Shown here one piece after another: positions 39,504-49,544 of a stretch of DNA of 64,000 nucleotides. Position numbers and translations under genes: made by a program. The notes below the pieces were generated by a model, which saw only the letters and a list, made by a program, of their open reading frames with translations, had not been told where the DNA came from and did no database searches. The DNA is from Myxococcales bacterium. Lineage in GTDB: Bacteria; Myxococcota_A; Polyangia; Polyangiales; DASUME01. Position 1 is the first letter of the stretch; every line of letters begins with the position of its first letter. The DNA lies in the NCBI GenBank assembly GCA_047601445.1, contig JASGJH010000001.1, positions 992,001-1,056,000 of the forward strand. The letters run 5' to 3'.

Positions 39504-41450
39504 ATGGCCCTGCTTCAGATACACGACCCTCAGGCACAGAAGACGCCGATCGGGATCGATCTGGGCACCACCAATAGCTTGATCGCCCACGTGACCGCCA
39601 CCGGCACGCCAGCGACCATCCTCGACTGCGACAACGAGGCCCTGGTGCCGTCGGTGGTGCACTACGGGAAGGATGGCCGGGTGTTGGTGGGCAAGGACGC
39701 GCTCGCGCTGGCCGAGAGCTTCCCCGAGGACACCATCATCAGCGTGAAGCGCTTCATGGGGCGCGGCGCGGGTGATCCGGAGACGCGCAAGCTCGGCCCG
39801 TATCGCTTCGCGACCAACGAAGGTCCCGTGGTGAAGCTCGACGTAGCCAAGTCACGCGTGGTGACCCCGGTGGAGGTGAGCGCGGAGATCCTCGCGTTTC
39901 TGCGCGAGCAGGCCGAGGACTCGCTGGGCGGGGTAGGGGGCGCGGTGATCACGGTGCCCGCGTACTTCGACGATGCTCAACGCCAGGCCACCAAGGACGC
40001 CGGACGCCTGGCCGGTCTCGACGTGCTGCGCCTGCTCAACGAGCCCACGGCCGCCGCGCTCGCGTACGGCCTCCAGGAGAAGCAGAACGGCACCTTCGCC
40101 GTGTACGATCTCGGAGGCGGGACCTTCGACGTGACCATCCTGTCGCTCGAGGACGGCGTCTTTCAGGTGCGCTCCACGGGCGGCGATAGTCAGCTCGGCG
40201 GCGACGACATCGACCGCGCTTTGGCCCACGTGTTCCTCGAGCAGATGGGTTACGACAGCGAGGCAGCCCTGCCGGCCAGCTTGGTGCGACACCTGATCCA
40301 GTCCGCCAAGGCGGTGAAGCACGCGCTCACCCACGCGGACAGCGTGGAGGCCGAGATCGAGCGCCCGGACGGCTCGACCTTCGTGCGTGGCGTGACCCGC
40401 GCAGAGCTCGACGCGCTGGTGAAGCCCCTGGCGCAGCGCACGGGTACCGCCTGCCGGCGTGCCCTCAGGGACGCTGGGTTCGAGGCCAAGGACCTCGACG
40501 GTGTGATCCTGGTGGGCGGGTCCACGCGGGTCCCGTTCATTCGCAACTACGTCAAGGAGCTGTTCGGCAAGGAGCCGCTCGACTCGCTCGATCCGGATCA
40601 GGTGGTCGCCCTGGGGGCCGCCATCCAAGCGGATTTGTTGGCGGGTACGGGACCCAAGCATGAGGTCCTCCTGCTCGACGTGATCCCGCTCTCCCTCGGC
40701 ATCGAGACCATGGGCGGCGTGGCGGAGAAAATCCTACCGCGCAACTCCCCCATCCCCGCGGCCCAGGCCCAGGAATTCACCACCTACGCCGACAACCAAA
40801 CCGGTTTCGAGCTCCACGTGGTGCAGGGCGAGCGCGAGCTGGCCCAGGACTGTCGTTCGCTGGCGCGCTTCACGCTCAAGGGCATCCCGCCCATGCCCGC
40901 AGGTCTGCCGCGGCTGCGCGTGACGTTTCGCGTGGACGCGGACGGCCTGCTCAAGGTGGAAGCCGAAGAGAAGACCACGGGCACGCGCCAGGAAGTCGAA
41001 GTGAAGCCGAGCTACGGGCTCACCGACGACGAGGTCGAGCGCATGTTGCTCGATGCCTACGAGCACGGTGAAGAAGATGTGAAGCTTCGGCGCTTGCGCG
41101 AGGAGCAGGTCGACGCGCAGCGCATCCTGGCGTCGCTCGAGCAGGCCATCGAACGCGACCGCGAGTTACTCACGGACGAGGAGGAGCGAGCGGATATCGA
41201 GGGCGCCATTCGGCGGCTCAAGCGCGCGTTGGCCGGCCAGGACTACGACGAGATCCACAATCGCATCGAAGACCTCGACCAAGCCTCGAAGGCCTTCGCC
41301 GGGCGCCGCATGGACCGCAGCATCGCCCAGGCGCTGGCCGGGCGCGCGGCCTCGCAACTTGAAGACGAAACCAAGACCGCGCGCGGGATCGAGCCCCACC
41401 TGGGGCACAGTCCGTCTTCCGACGACGGGCCCAGTTCGGAGAAGCACTGA
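39504..41450 (+). CDS. hscA: Fe-S Hsp70 chaperone
   Basis: MALLQI, GIDLGTTNS, DLGGGTFD, PLSLGIETMGG, VKPSYGLTD. Confidence 0.95.
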   Translation: MALLQIHDPQAQKTPIGIDLGTTNSLIAHVTATGTPATILDCDNEALVPSVVHYGKDGRVLVGKDALALAESFPEDTIISVKRFMGRGAGDPETRKLGPYRFATNEGPVVKLDVAKSRVVTPVEVSAEILAFLREQAEDSLGGVGGAVITVPAYFDDAQRQATKDAGRLAGLDVLRLLNEPTAAALAYGLQEKQNGTFAVYDLGGGTFDVTILSLEDGVFQVRSTGGDSQLGGDDIDRALAHVFLEQMGYDSEAALPASLVRHLIQSAKAVKHALTHADSVEAEIERPDGSTFVRGVTRAELDALVKPLAQRTGTACRRALRDAGFEAKDLDGVILVGGSTRVPFIRNYVKELFGKEPLDSLDPDQVVALGAAIQADLLAGTGPKHEVLLLDVIPLSLGIETMGGVAEKILPRNSPIPAAQAQEFTTYADNQTGFELHVVQGERELAQDCRSLARFTLKGIPPMPAGLPRLRVTFRVDADGLLKVEAEEKTTGTRQEVEVKPSYGLTDDEVERMLLDAYEHGEEDVKLRRLREEQVDAQRILASLEQAIERDRELLTDEEERADIEGAIRRLKRALAGQDYDEIHNRIEDLDQASKAFAGRRMDRSIAQALAGRAASQLEDETKTARGIEPHLGHSPSSDDGPSSEKH

Positions 41451-41815
41451 TGCCGAAAGTACGTTTCCTGCGGGAGAATCTCGAGGTCGAGATCGAACCT
41501 GGCCAAACCATCCTCGAAGCCGCCAAGAAGGCCGGCGCACCCGAGGGCGACCGCTGCGGTGGTGTTTGCGCTTGCTCCACCTGCCACGTCTACGTGACCA
41601 AGGGCTTCGACTCGCTCTCGGAGATCGAAGACGAAGAGTTCGACATCCTCGACAAGGCCTTCGATGTTCGCAGCACGAGCCGCCTCGGCTGTCAGGCCAA
41701 GGTGGAGGGCGACGGGGACATCGAGGTGGAAATCAGCGGCGAGAGTTTCCAGGCCTTCGTGGACGAGCACCCGGACCAGAAGGCCCGCGCTCTGGCCATG
41801 CGGCCCCCCAAGTGA
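41450..41815 (+). CDS. fdx: ISC-type 2Fe-2S ferredoxin
   Basis: CGGVCACSTCH...RLGCQ; TGATG coupling to hscA. Confidence 0.95.
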   Translation: MPKVRFLRENLEVEIEPGQTILEAAKKAGAPEGDRCGGVCACSTCHVYVTKGFDSLSEIEDEEFDILDKAFDVRSTSRLGCQAKVEGDGDIEVEISGESFQAFVDEHPDQKARALAMRPPK

Positions 41816-42027
41816 GCGTTGGGCACCTAGCGGGGACTCGCGGCGCGCACGCCGAGCCCCGAACGTCCCGGGACTGAGGGCTGGCGGCGGGACGGTTTCG
41901 GCTCCGGGCTGCCGCTGCAGCGCTCCCCGGGCCCCACGGGGCTGTCGAGAATGACGAGGATTTTCAGAGATCTAACCCGGCCGGGCTGGAACCTACGGCC
42001 AGTCCGCTCGATAAGCGCGACGACGAC

Positions 42028-42056
42028 TTGAACTTTCCGAGTCCATCCCGTAACTT
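42028..42056 (+). promoter_or_regulatory. sigma70 promoter of tRNA-Arg
   Basis: TTGAAC-17 nt-TAACTT followed by a GC-rich discriminator. Confidence 0.7.
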
Positions 42057-42067
42057 CCGCCGCCCAA

Positions 42068-42144
42068 GGGCGGTTAGCTCAGCTGGATAGAGCATCGGCC
42101 TCCGGAGCCGAGGGTCACAGGTTCGAATCTTGTACCGCCCGCCA
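42068..42144 (+). tRNA. tRNA-Arg(CCG)
   Basis: Acceptor GGGCGGT/ACCGCCC, D-arm GCTC/GAGC, anticodon stem TCGGC/GCCGA with CT-CCG-GA loop, TTCGAAT T-loop, encoded CCA. Confidence 0.97.
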
Positions 42145-42202
42145 GTCTTTTGAAGTTCGAAGCACGCGCTCCGGCGCGTGAGCAACACGAGGAACCCGCA
42201 AC

Positions 42203-42331
42203 ATGTACCTGCATATGCCCCGCAGCCAGAAGCGTGACCGCAAGGTCTCCAACCGTTACAGCGCCAAGCTCAAGGCGAAGAACCGCCGCCGGGTCAACCG
42301 TATGCAGGGCCGCCGCCTCTCCAAGGCCTGA
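42203..42331 (+). CDS. 42-aa Lys/Arg-rich small protein (not in the ORF track)
   Basis: GAGGA SD 9 nt upstream; MYLHMPRSQKRDRKVSNRYSAKLKAKNRRRVNRMQGRRLSKA; almost all codons end in G/C. Confidence 0.7.
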   Translation: MYLHMPRSQKRDRKVSNRYSAKLKAKNRRRVNRMQGRRLSKA

Positions 42332-42440
42332 GCAACGCTCCTCGCAAATGCGCGAGGTTTTCGTGGTTTAGCTCCCCTAAGTACGGGCTGACATCCCGCA
42401 ATCCTTGGGCCCTCGAGTCCATGGCGGTAGAGTCAGTGGG

Positions 42441-43283
42441 GTGAGCGAGAAATCCATCTTCGTCGTCAGCGACTCGACCGGTGAGACTGCCGAGCGAGTC
42501 GTGCGCGCTGCCTTGGTGCAGTTTCCGAGTCACCGCGCCCGTGTGCGGCTGTTCACGCGGATTCGCGACCGTGAGGCGGTCACCGACGTGGTGAAGCGGG
42601 CCGCCGAGGCCAAGGCCATGGTGGTGTACACCTTGGTGGGCAGCGAGCTCCGTCAGTACTGCTACGACCTGGCGTTGCAGCATGATGTCGAGGCGGTGGA
42701 CGTCATTGGGGCTTTGATCGGCAAGGTGAGCACCTTCCTGGGTGAGCTGCCACTGGGCGCCCCCACGCTCACGCAACCGCTCTCGGAGGAGTACTTCCGG
42801 CGCGTGGAGGCCATCGAGTTCGCCGTCAAAAGCGACGATGGCAAGGAGCCCCGCAACCTGCGGAAGTGCGACCTGGTGTTGGTCGGCGTGAGTCGCACCA
42901 GCAAGACGCCCCTCTCCACCTACCTGGCCGGGCGCGGACTCAAGGTGGCCAACGTGCCGCTCGTGCTGGGCGTGCCGCCGCCCGAAGAGCTACTCGAGGT
43001 GCACAGGGACCGGGTCGTCGGTCTTACCATCGAGATCGAACAGTTGATGGAGATCCGGATGGCCCGGCTACGCCAGCTAGGGATGCCCACGGACACCAAC
43101 TACGGGGCGCGTGCCCACATCCAGGAAGAGCTGGATTTTGCCCAGAAGATCTACGACGAACGCGGCTGGTTCGAGGTGGACGTGAGCGGGCGCGCCATCG
43201 AGGAGACGGCCACCATCATCCTCGAGCATTACAAGGAGCTCGACGAGGTGCGCGCAGGGGCCAACGCCTTGCTGCGAGCCTGA
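42441..43283 (+). CDS. ppsR: PEP synthase/PPDK regulatory protein (kinase-pyrophosphorylase)
   Basis: VVSDSTGETAE, YFRRVEAIEFAVKSDDG, GVSRTSKTPLS, AIEETA. Confidence 0.93.
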   Translation: MSEKSIFVVSDSTGETAERVVRAALVQFPSHRARVRLFTRIRDREAVTDVVKRAAEAKAMVVYTLVGSELRQYCYDLALQHDVEAVDVIGALIGKVSTFLGELPLGAPTLTQPLSEEYFRRVEAIEFAVKSDDGKEPRNLRKCDLVLVGVSRTSKTPLSTYLAGRGLKVANVPLVLGVPPPEELLEVHRDRVVGLTIEIEQLMEIRMARLRQLGMPTDTNYGARAHIQEELDFAQKIYDERGWFEVDVSGRAIEETATIILEHYKELDEVRAGANALLRA

Positions 43284-43307
43284 GGCTCGCGGTCCCATCC
43301 GGGAGCG

Positions 43308-43820
43308 TTAGGGGCGGGGTGCGTTCTTGCCGTACTGCTCGTGCATCGCGACGTAGAACTGGGCGAGGATGCCATCTGCCACACGCAAGCGTCGCCCGAG
43401 CTCCCGCGAGATGTTCATCAGCAGTAGGGCGTAGTCCTTGAGGTCGCGCCGGTAGAGCAGTCGTTCGACCTGCTCGGCGCCCATGCTGAGCAGCAGGCTG
43501 GGCGCCAGGGAACGCACGCTGGCCGAGCGAGGATGGACGTTGAGGATGGCCATCTCACCAAACCAGTCGCCCGGGCCGAGCATAGCCACGCGCACGTGGG
43601 TCTCGTCTTCGGCGTGCTTGATGACCTCGAGCTCGCCGTGAATCACGACGAACATCTCGGTGGAGGTCTCGCCCTCCCGGACGATCAGCGCTCCGGGTTC
43701 CACGCGTAGATGCGGCAGCTCTTTGGCGAGCACTTCGAGTCCGGCATCGGACACGCCGCCGAAGAGCCCGATGTCGCGGAGGGTGGCTGGAGTGATGGAA
43801 GGTCGGACAGTGTCTGCCAT
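43308..43820 (-). CDS. Stand-alone cyclic-nucleotide-binding protein
   Basis: IVREGE, FGEMAIL..HPRSASVR phosphate-binding cassette; no HTH. Confidence 0.85.
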   Translation of the reverse strand: MADTVRPSITPATLRDIGLFGGVSDAGLEVLAKELPHLRVEPGALIVREGETSTEMFVVIHGELEVIKHAEDETHVRVAMLGPGDWFGEMAILNVHPRSASVRSLAPSLLLSMGAEQVERLLYRRDLKDYALLLMNISRELGRRLRVADGILAQFYVAMHEQYGKNAPRP

Positions 43821-44058
43821 AAGACCTCGCGGTGATCGCTGCGCTGAACAGAGGCGGCGGCACTCACACGAGCACGATGCAGGCGTGGGTGTTGGCGCAA
43901 GCATGACAAAAGCTGCGCGTCAGGAACACAAAGAAGAGGCTCGGGACAACCGTGTGCAACACCCCGCAAGCAGGGGACAACGGCACGGGTTGGGTCTTAC
44001 CAGATTGTGAGAGACGGGCTACTATCCCAACAGGCATGCGCAGGCACGTCAGGTAGGA

Positions 44059-46362
44059 ATGGAGCTCCCTCGCGCATTCGGTCCATACACGCTGTTGAAG
44101 CGCCTCGCAGTCGGAGGCATGGCCGAGATCTACGTGGCCAAAACGGCGGGACTCGGAGGCTTCGAGAAGCTGGTCGCGCTCAAGCTAGTGCACCCCCATC
44201 TCTCGGCGGATCCGCACTTCGTTCGCATGCTCGTCGACGAGGCGAAGATCCTCGTTCTGCTCACCCACGCCAACGTGGCGCAGGTGTTCGACCTCGGCTG
44301 CATCGAGGGCACGTACTTCATCTCGATGGAGTACGTGGAGGGTCTGGATGTCCACGGTCTGCAGAAGGCGGCTGCCAAGGCGGCCGAGGAGCTGCCCATC
44401 CCCGTCTGCTGCTTCCTGGTGGCGGAGATGCTCAACGGCCTGGACTACGCCCACCGCAAGCGCGACGCCTCGGGTCGGCCGCTCAACATCGTCCATCGCG
44501 ACGTCTCGCCCCAGAACGTTCTGATCAGCAACGCCGGTGAGGTGAAGCTGGTCGATTTCGGTATCGCTAAGACCAGCCTGCGCGTCGAGGGCACCGAAGT
44601 CGGCGTGATCAAGGGGAAGTACTACTACATGTCCCCGGAGCAGGCGTGGGCCGACTCCATCGACCGGCGCAGCGACGTGTTCTCCACCGGCATCGTGCTC
44701 TACGAGATGCTGACCGGACGCATGTTGTACAACGCGCGCTCCATCCCCGAGCTCATCGGCAAGGTGCGTACGGCGGAGATCGCGCCTCCCACCAGCCTGC
44801 GGCCGGACATCCCGGAGGCCCTCTCCAAGATCGTGATGAAGGCCCTCGAGCGGGACGCCAACGCTCGCTACCAGAACGCGATCGATTTCTCCGAGGCGCT
44901 GCGCGACTACCTCTACGAGACCGCGCCGGCCTTCAACGCGAGTCGCCTCGCCCAGTACATGACCGGGTTGGTGGAGAAGGCGAGCCGCATCGAAGGAGCC
45001 GGAGCAGGGAAGGCTGATGCGACCGGTAAGCTGCGTGCCCTGACGCGCGAGGAGGTGCGCACCGAGAACAGCGTCATCTTCGCGCTCCAGCAGCCTGGGG
45101 GCGATACTCAGGTGGGCAGCTCCCGAGACGGGAAAGCGAGCGCCAACGGCCGCGCCGCCAACGGGCGGGTCCCGGCACCGCCACCGCGCATCTCAGCCTG
45201 GCCCCTGGAGGACACCGACGGTGGCAGCGAGCCGCTCACGGAGCGCGTGCGGGGCCCCCTGATCGCACGGGCTGCGGCCCACGTGTCGGCGGCGCCTCAG
45301 GTTCCCGCCGCGGTCGTAAGTCGAATCCCGCCGCCACCTGCCGCGTCCAGCATGTCGCCGCCAGCCGTCGGGAAGCTCCCGTCGTTTTCGGTGCCTCCAC
45401 CGCGGCCGGGGATCTCGATCCCGCCGCCACCCGTGCCGGGTGCTGCGGGCCTGTCGCTGCGTCCAGCTGCTCCGGCGGTGCCTTCGTTGCGTCCTCCGGT
45501 GCCCTCGCTGAGCGCTGCGCCGCGGTTGCCGCTGCCGCCTCCGCCGCGCATGGAGGAGGCCGCCGAACCCACGGGGCAGTATCGCCCGCGCCACCTGGTC
45601 GCAATGGCCTCGGTGCAGGCCGCGCCGAGCGTCGATGCTCTGCCTGGGGCGGTGCTTCCGGGGCGTTCGTCGACCGGGCCTTCCACGTTCAATCGCGTCG
45701 GCCCACCGCCTCCGATGCCTGCCCTCATGCCGCCTCCCGGCGACGAAGAGCAGCCCATCACGCCCATCCCGCCGTCGCCGCCCATCCCGGACTTCAGCGC
45801 CGACCACGGCTTTCAGCCCAACCGCTTCGGCCGCCGCACCTTTCAGGTGGTGGTCGGCGTGGCGGTGATGTTGTGCTGTTTGCTGGCTTTCAAGCTGGCC
45901 GGCGGAGCCCCTCGGCCTCCGCAGCTCGAGGTGGTATCGGTGCCCCAGGGCGCGCGCGTGCGGGTCGACGGCGCCGTGCAGACCGGGTTCACGCCGCTAC
46001 GTATCACCGGGCTCGAAGAGGGGCGGCACTACGCGCTGCGCGTGGAGCTACCTGGATACCTCCCCTGGGAAGCCAGCTACCAGGCCACGCCCGGGGCGGT
46101 GCAGCATATCGCGGTCCTGCAGCCGATCACGGGGGAGCTGCACGTCCTGTCCACCCCGCAAGGGGCCACCGTGTACCTGGATGACGCGGTCATCGGAAAG
46201 ACGCCGCTCACGATCTCCTCCTTGGCCGTGGGGCGCCGGGTGCGCCTGCGAGTGGCACACCCGGGTTACGCGGAAGCCAAGCGCGAGGTCTCCGTCACGG
46301 AGGCACAGCTCAAGCTCGTGGAGCGCTTCACGCTGACCCAGCCGCTCCACCCACGTCGCTGA
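44059..46362 (+). CDS. Membrane Ser/Thr kinase with Pro-rich linker and PEGA domains
   Basis: GGMAEIY, VALK, HRDVSPQN, DFG, YMSPEQ; TM segment; SVPQGA and STPQGA PEGA repeats. Confidence 0.94.
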   Translation: MELPRAFGPYTLLKRLAVGGMAEIYVAKTAGLGGFEKLVALKLVHPHLSADPHFVRMLVDEAKILVLLTHANVAQVFDLGCIEGTYFISMEYVEGLDVHGLQKAAAKAAEELPIPVCCFLVAEMLNGLDYAHRKRDASGRPLNIVHRDVSPQNVLISNAGEVKLVDFGIAKTSLRVEGTEVGVIKGKYYYMSPEQAWADSIDRRSDVFSTGIVLYEMLTGRMLYNARSIPELIGKVRTAEIAPPTSLRPDIPEALSKIVMKALERDANARYQNAIDFSEALRDYLYETAPAFNASRLAQYMTGLVEKASRIEGAGAGKADATGKLRALTREEVRTENSVIFALQQPGGDTQVGSSRDGKASANGRAANGRVPAPPPRISAWPLEDTDGGSEPLTERVRGPLIARAAAHVSAAPQVPAAVVSRIPPPPAASSMSPPAVGKLPSFSVPPPRPGISIPPPPVPGAAGLSLRPAAPAVPSLRPPVPSLSAAPRLPLPPPPRMEEAAEPTGQYRPRHLVAMASVQAAPSVDALPGAVLPGRSSTGPSTFNRVGPPPPMPALMPPPGDEEQPITPIPPSPPIPDFSADHGFQPNRFGRRTFQVVVGVAVMLCCLLAFKLAGGAPRPPQLEVVSVPQGARVRVDGAVQTGFTPLRITGLEEGRHYALRVELPGYLPWEASYQATPGAVQHIAVLQPITGELHVLSTPQGATVYLDDAVIGKTPLTISSLAVGRRVRLRVAHPGYAEAKREVSVTEAQLKLVERFTLTQPLHPRR

Positions 46363-46408
46363 GCGGGGCTCGGATCGCGGGCCGCGAAAAGTCACGACGG
46401 TCGGTCAC

Positions 46409-47269
46409 TCACGGGCGCGGGTCGTGACCGAGCTCGAGGTTGTCGATGAGCCGCGTGGCGCCTAGTCGCGCCGCCACCAGGATCACCTGCTGGTCGCGGC
46501 CTGTCTCGAGCGGCTCGAGGGTGTCGGGGTCGGCGGCCTCGATATAGTCGATGGAGTCGAAGGCCTTGGCTACCTGGTCACGTACCAGGCCGGCCAGCGT
46601 GTGCGGGGAGCGCTCTCCGCTGGCGTAGGCATCGTGGGCGGCACGCAGTCCTACCGCGATCGCCGCCGCGCGGGTGCGCAGCGCCGGCTCCAGGTAGCGG
46701 TTGCGCGAGGACATCGCGAGCCCGTCGGGTTCACGCACGATGGGCGCGCCGACCACGTCCACCGGCAAGTTCAGATCATTGGCCAGGCGCACCAGCAGTT
46801 TCCATTGCTGGTAGTCCTTGCGACCGAACACGGCCACGCAGGGCCCGACGGCCGTGAACAACTTGGTGACCACGGTGGCCACGCCGCGAAAGTGGGTGGG
46901 CCGAAACACGCCGTCGAAACGGGCACTCAGCTCCGGAACCTCGACCTGAGTCTGAAATCCCTTGGGGTACATCGCCTCGGGCGTGGGCGCGTACACGATG
47001 TCGACCCCGCGGGCCTGGCAGCGTTCGAGGTCGGCGTCGAAGGTGCGTGGGTAACGAGCCAAGTCTTCGGTCGGCCCGAACTGCAGCGGGTTCACGAAGA
47101 TGCTCATCACGCGCAGGTTCGCGCCACGACGTGTGCACTCGTCGACGAGGGACATATGACCGTCGTGGAGCGCGCCCATGGTGGGCACGAACCCAACCGT
47201 GGCACCGCGCTTGCGCTCGGTCTCGCAACGCGCGAACAGTGCACGCGGATCACGAATGATGTCGGTCAT
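46409..47269 (-). CDS. panC: Pantoate-beta-alanine ligase
   Basis: FVPTMGALHDGH, FVNPLQFG, FGRKDYQQ, GLAMSSRN, RLIDN. Confidence 0.97.
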   Translation of the reverse strand: MTDIIRDPRALFARCETERKRGATVGFVPTMGALHDGHMSLVDECTRRGANLRVMSIFVNPLQFGPTEDLARYPRTFDADLERCQARGVDIVYAPTPEAMYPKGFQTQVEVPELSARFDGVFRPTHFRGVATVVTKLFTAVGPCVAVFGRKDYQQWKLLVRLANDLNLPVDVVGAPIVREPDGLAMSSRNRYLEPALRTRAAAIAVGLRAAHDAYASGERSPHTLAGLVRDQVAKAFDSIDYIEAADPDTLEPLETGRDQQVILVAARLGATRLIDNLELGHDPRP

Positions 47270-47285
47270 AGGGGCAGTCGCTCGA

Positions 47286-48200
47286 TCAGTGCGTCGGCCC
47301 GTAGCCGGTGGGAGCGTTCACGGCGCTGGGGCGCGCGGCCTCCGGGTGGCGCTGCACGGTGCCGAAACTGTGCTCTTCGGCGGGGAACGCGCTGCTCTTG
47401 ACCTCTTCGCAGAAGGTCTGTGCAGCGGCTTTGCCCTGAGCATAAAACTCGGCGTAGCGCTTCACGAACTTGGGCCGCAGGTTGGGCGTGAGGCCCAGCA
47501 GATCGTAGCAAACCAAGACCTGGCCATCACAGTTGATGCCGGCGCCGATGCCGATGGTGGGAATCTCGAGTTCCGCCGTGATGCGGGCCGCGAGGTCCGA
47601 AGGAATGCCCTCCAGCACCAGAGCGAAGGCTCCCGCGTCGGCCACGGCGCGCGCATCGTCGAGCACGCGCTGCGCATCCTCGAGCGTCTTGCCCTGCACC
47701 CTGAAGCCACCCATCGCGTGAACGCTCTGGGGCAACAGGCCCACGTGGCCCATCACGGGAATGCCGATGCTCACCAGCTTGCGGATGGTCTCTGCGGCTT
47801 CGACGCCACCTTCGAGCTTCACCGCCTGCGCGCCGCCTTCGCTCAAGAAGCGCCCGGCGCTGCGCATGGCCTGCTCGAGTGACGGCTGCCAGCTCATGAA
47901 CGGCAGGTCGCCGACCACCATGGCGCGCCGCGCTCCGCGGGCGACCGATCGACAGTGATAGACCATCTCGTCGAGCGTGACCGGCAAGGTCGAATCCAGG
48001 CCCTGTACCACCATGCCCAGGGAGTCGCCCACCAGGAGCACGTCAGCCCCGCCCTCGTCCAGCATCTGGGCGAAGGTGGCGTCGTAGGCGGTGATCATGG
48101 CGATGCGTTCACCCCGCGTCTTCATCGCGCGAATGACGGGCACGGTGACGCGGGTCGGCTTGCTGGGGCGAGGCGGCTCGCCGCTCTGCTCGTGGGCCAT
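47286..48200 (-). CDS. panB: Ketopantoate hydroxymethyltransferase
   Basis: ITAYD, LVGDSLGMV, AVKLEGG, GHVGLLPQ, CDGQVLV. Confidence 0.97.
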   Translation of the reverse strand: MAHEQSGEPPRPSKPTRVTVPVIRAMKTRGERIAMITAYDATFAQMLDEGGADVLLVGDSLGMVVQGLDSTLPVTLDEMVYHCRSVARGARRAMVVGDLPFMSWQPSLEQAMRSAGRFLSEGGAQAVKLEGGVEAAETIRKLVSIGIPVMGHVGLLPQSVHAMGGFRVQGKTLEDAQRVLDDARAVADAGAFALVLEGIPSDLAARITAELEIPTIGIGAGINCDGQVLVCYDLLGLTPNLRPKFVKRYAEFYAQGKAAAQTFCEEVKSSAFPAEEHSFGTVQRHPEAARPSAVNAPTGYGPTH

Positions 48201-48328
48201 GTTGATCTCGGCTGCTTCCGTCGCGGCCGGGGCAACTCCCGGTCCACGCTTCCACGCACGGGACAATCTAGCGCACTCGAAGGCCCGCGAACAGCGCGCC
48301 GCCCAAGCTTTGCGCTAGCTCGAACGGC

Positions 48329-49540
48329 TCATTCTCGCGGCGTCAGGCCCTCCGCGCGGGTGCGCATGCGCTGGGCCTCGTCGGCGAGTCCGAGGGCGTC
48401 TAAAAGGCGTGCTGCTTCGCGGTGATAGGAGGCGTGATTGGCGTTGTCCGAGCCCTGACACAGCGCACGGTACAGGTCGGCCGCGCGGGTCAGGTTGGCC
48501 GCCTCCTCGTGGAGTTTTGCGAGGGCTGTTACAGCCTGCGGCGGGAAGTCCGTGTGTCCCCGCGCCCCTAGCTGATCCAACACGGCCTCCAGCGCCGCGA
48601 TGCCGCGCTCGCTCTCGCCCGCGTCCGCACAGGCCAGGCCCAGCTCCATCGTCACCGGCCACTCCACCGCCTTGTCCTCGAAGGTTCCGGCGCACATTTC
48701 GAGCACCTCGATGGCGTCGCGCGGGCGCTTGATGAGCCTCAGATAGTTCCCGAGGTCGAGCAGCGGACGGGGATCGTCTTCGAGCGCCGCGGCGGACGCC
48801 TCGAGTTCCGCGATGGCGGCCTCATGATCTCCGGCTTCGTGGGCGATGCGGGCCAGTTCGCGGTGGGCCACGAGGCGGGCGGCGCCGCCTTCTTCGGGAC
48901 CGATGCGGGCCAGGAAGGTGCGCAGGGCCTCGCGCGCGCCCGGATCATCGTTAAGGGCCAGACGTGCTCGGCCGAGCTCGAGCCATAGGTAACTCGGCTC
49001 CTTGGCGGTCTGGAGCAGGCGCTCCAGCAGCGGTAGGGCTTGCGCCGCGCGGTCATCCTCGAGGGCCAGCGCGGCTTGCAACAAGGGCTCACCGTAGGAC
49101 TCGAGTTCCTTGGCTTGCAAGGCCTCCCAGCTGCCCGTGATCAACGTGAGCCGCTCCTCTTCGCTCAGGGCAGCGGCCGGGCGGGCTTGTTCCTGAGCGT
49201 CCAGCTGCTCGAGCAAGCGCTGGGCCGCCGCCACGCGCTCTCGCACCTGGGGCGAGCGGGCGGTGTCGAGGGCATGTCGCAGCTCCTCCTCGGCCAGCTC
49301 GAGGTGACCGCCGTTGGCGAGGTTCTCGGCCTCCTTGATGCGCTTCTCAGCGATGCGGTCGCAGCTCGTGCTGGCTTTGGCGGCGGCCTGCTCGGCCAGT
49401 TCCCCCTGGCCATCCTTGCGGGCACGTTCCTCGGCGCGATCGAAGGCCAGCTTGGCTTCTCCAAAATCTCCGGCGGCGAACAGGGCCTCGGCGTCGGCCA
49501 ACAGTTCGCGTGCCTCCTTTTTGCGGAACATTCCGAACAT
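48329..49540 (-). CDS. TPR-repeat protein
   Basis: Repeated helical LG..A...A patterns; ATG 49540 lies 4 nt after the upstream stop. Confidence 0.8.
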   Translation of the reverse strand: MFGMFRKKEARELLADAEALFAAGDFGEAKLAFDRAEERARKDGQGELAEQAAAKASTSCDRIAEKRIKEAENLANGGHLELAEEELRHALDTARSPQVRERVAAAQRLLEQLDAQEQARPAAALSEEERLTLITGSWEALQAKELESYGEPLLQAALALEDDRAAQALPLLERLLQTAKEPSYLWLELGRARLALNDDPGAREALRTFLARIGPEEGGAARLVAHRELARIAHEAGDHEAAIAELEASAAALEDDPRPLLDLGNYLRLIKRPRDAIEVLEMCAGTFEDKAVEWPVTMELGLACADAGESERGIAALEAVLDQLGARGHTDFPPQAVTALAKLHEEAANLTRAADLYRALCQGSDNANHASYHREAARLLDALGLADEAQRMRTRAEGLTPRE

Positions 49541-49544
49541 AAGG

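Noticed and set aside
42068..42144. tRNA as integration site of an island
   Set aside because: No integrase and no duplicated tRNA 3' end seen in the window.
45170..45800. Low-complexity CCG-rich stretch as a repeat element
   Set aside because: It encodes the Pro-rich linker typical of myxobacterial Ser/Thr kinases.
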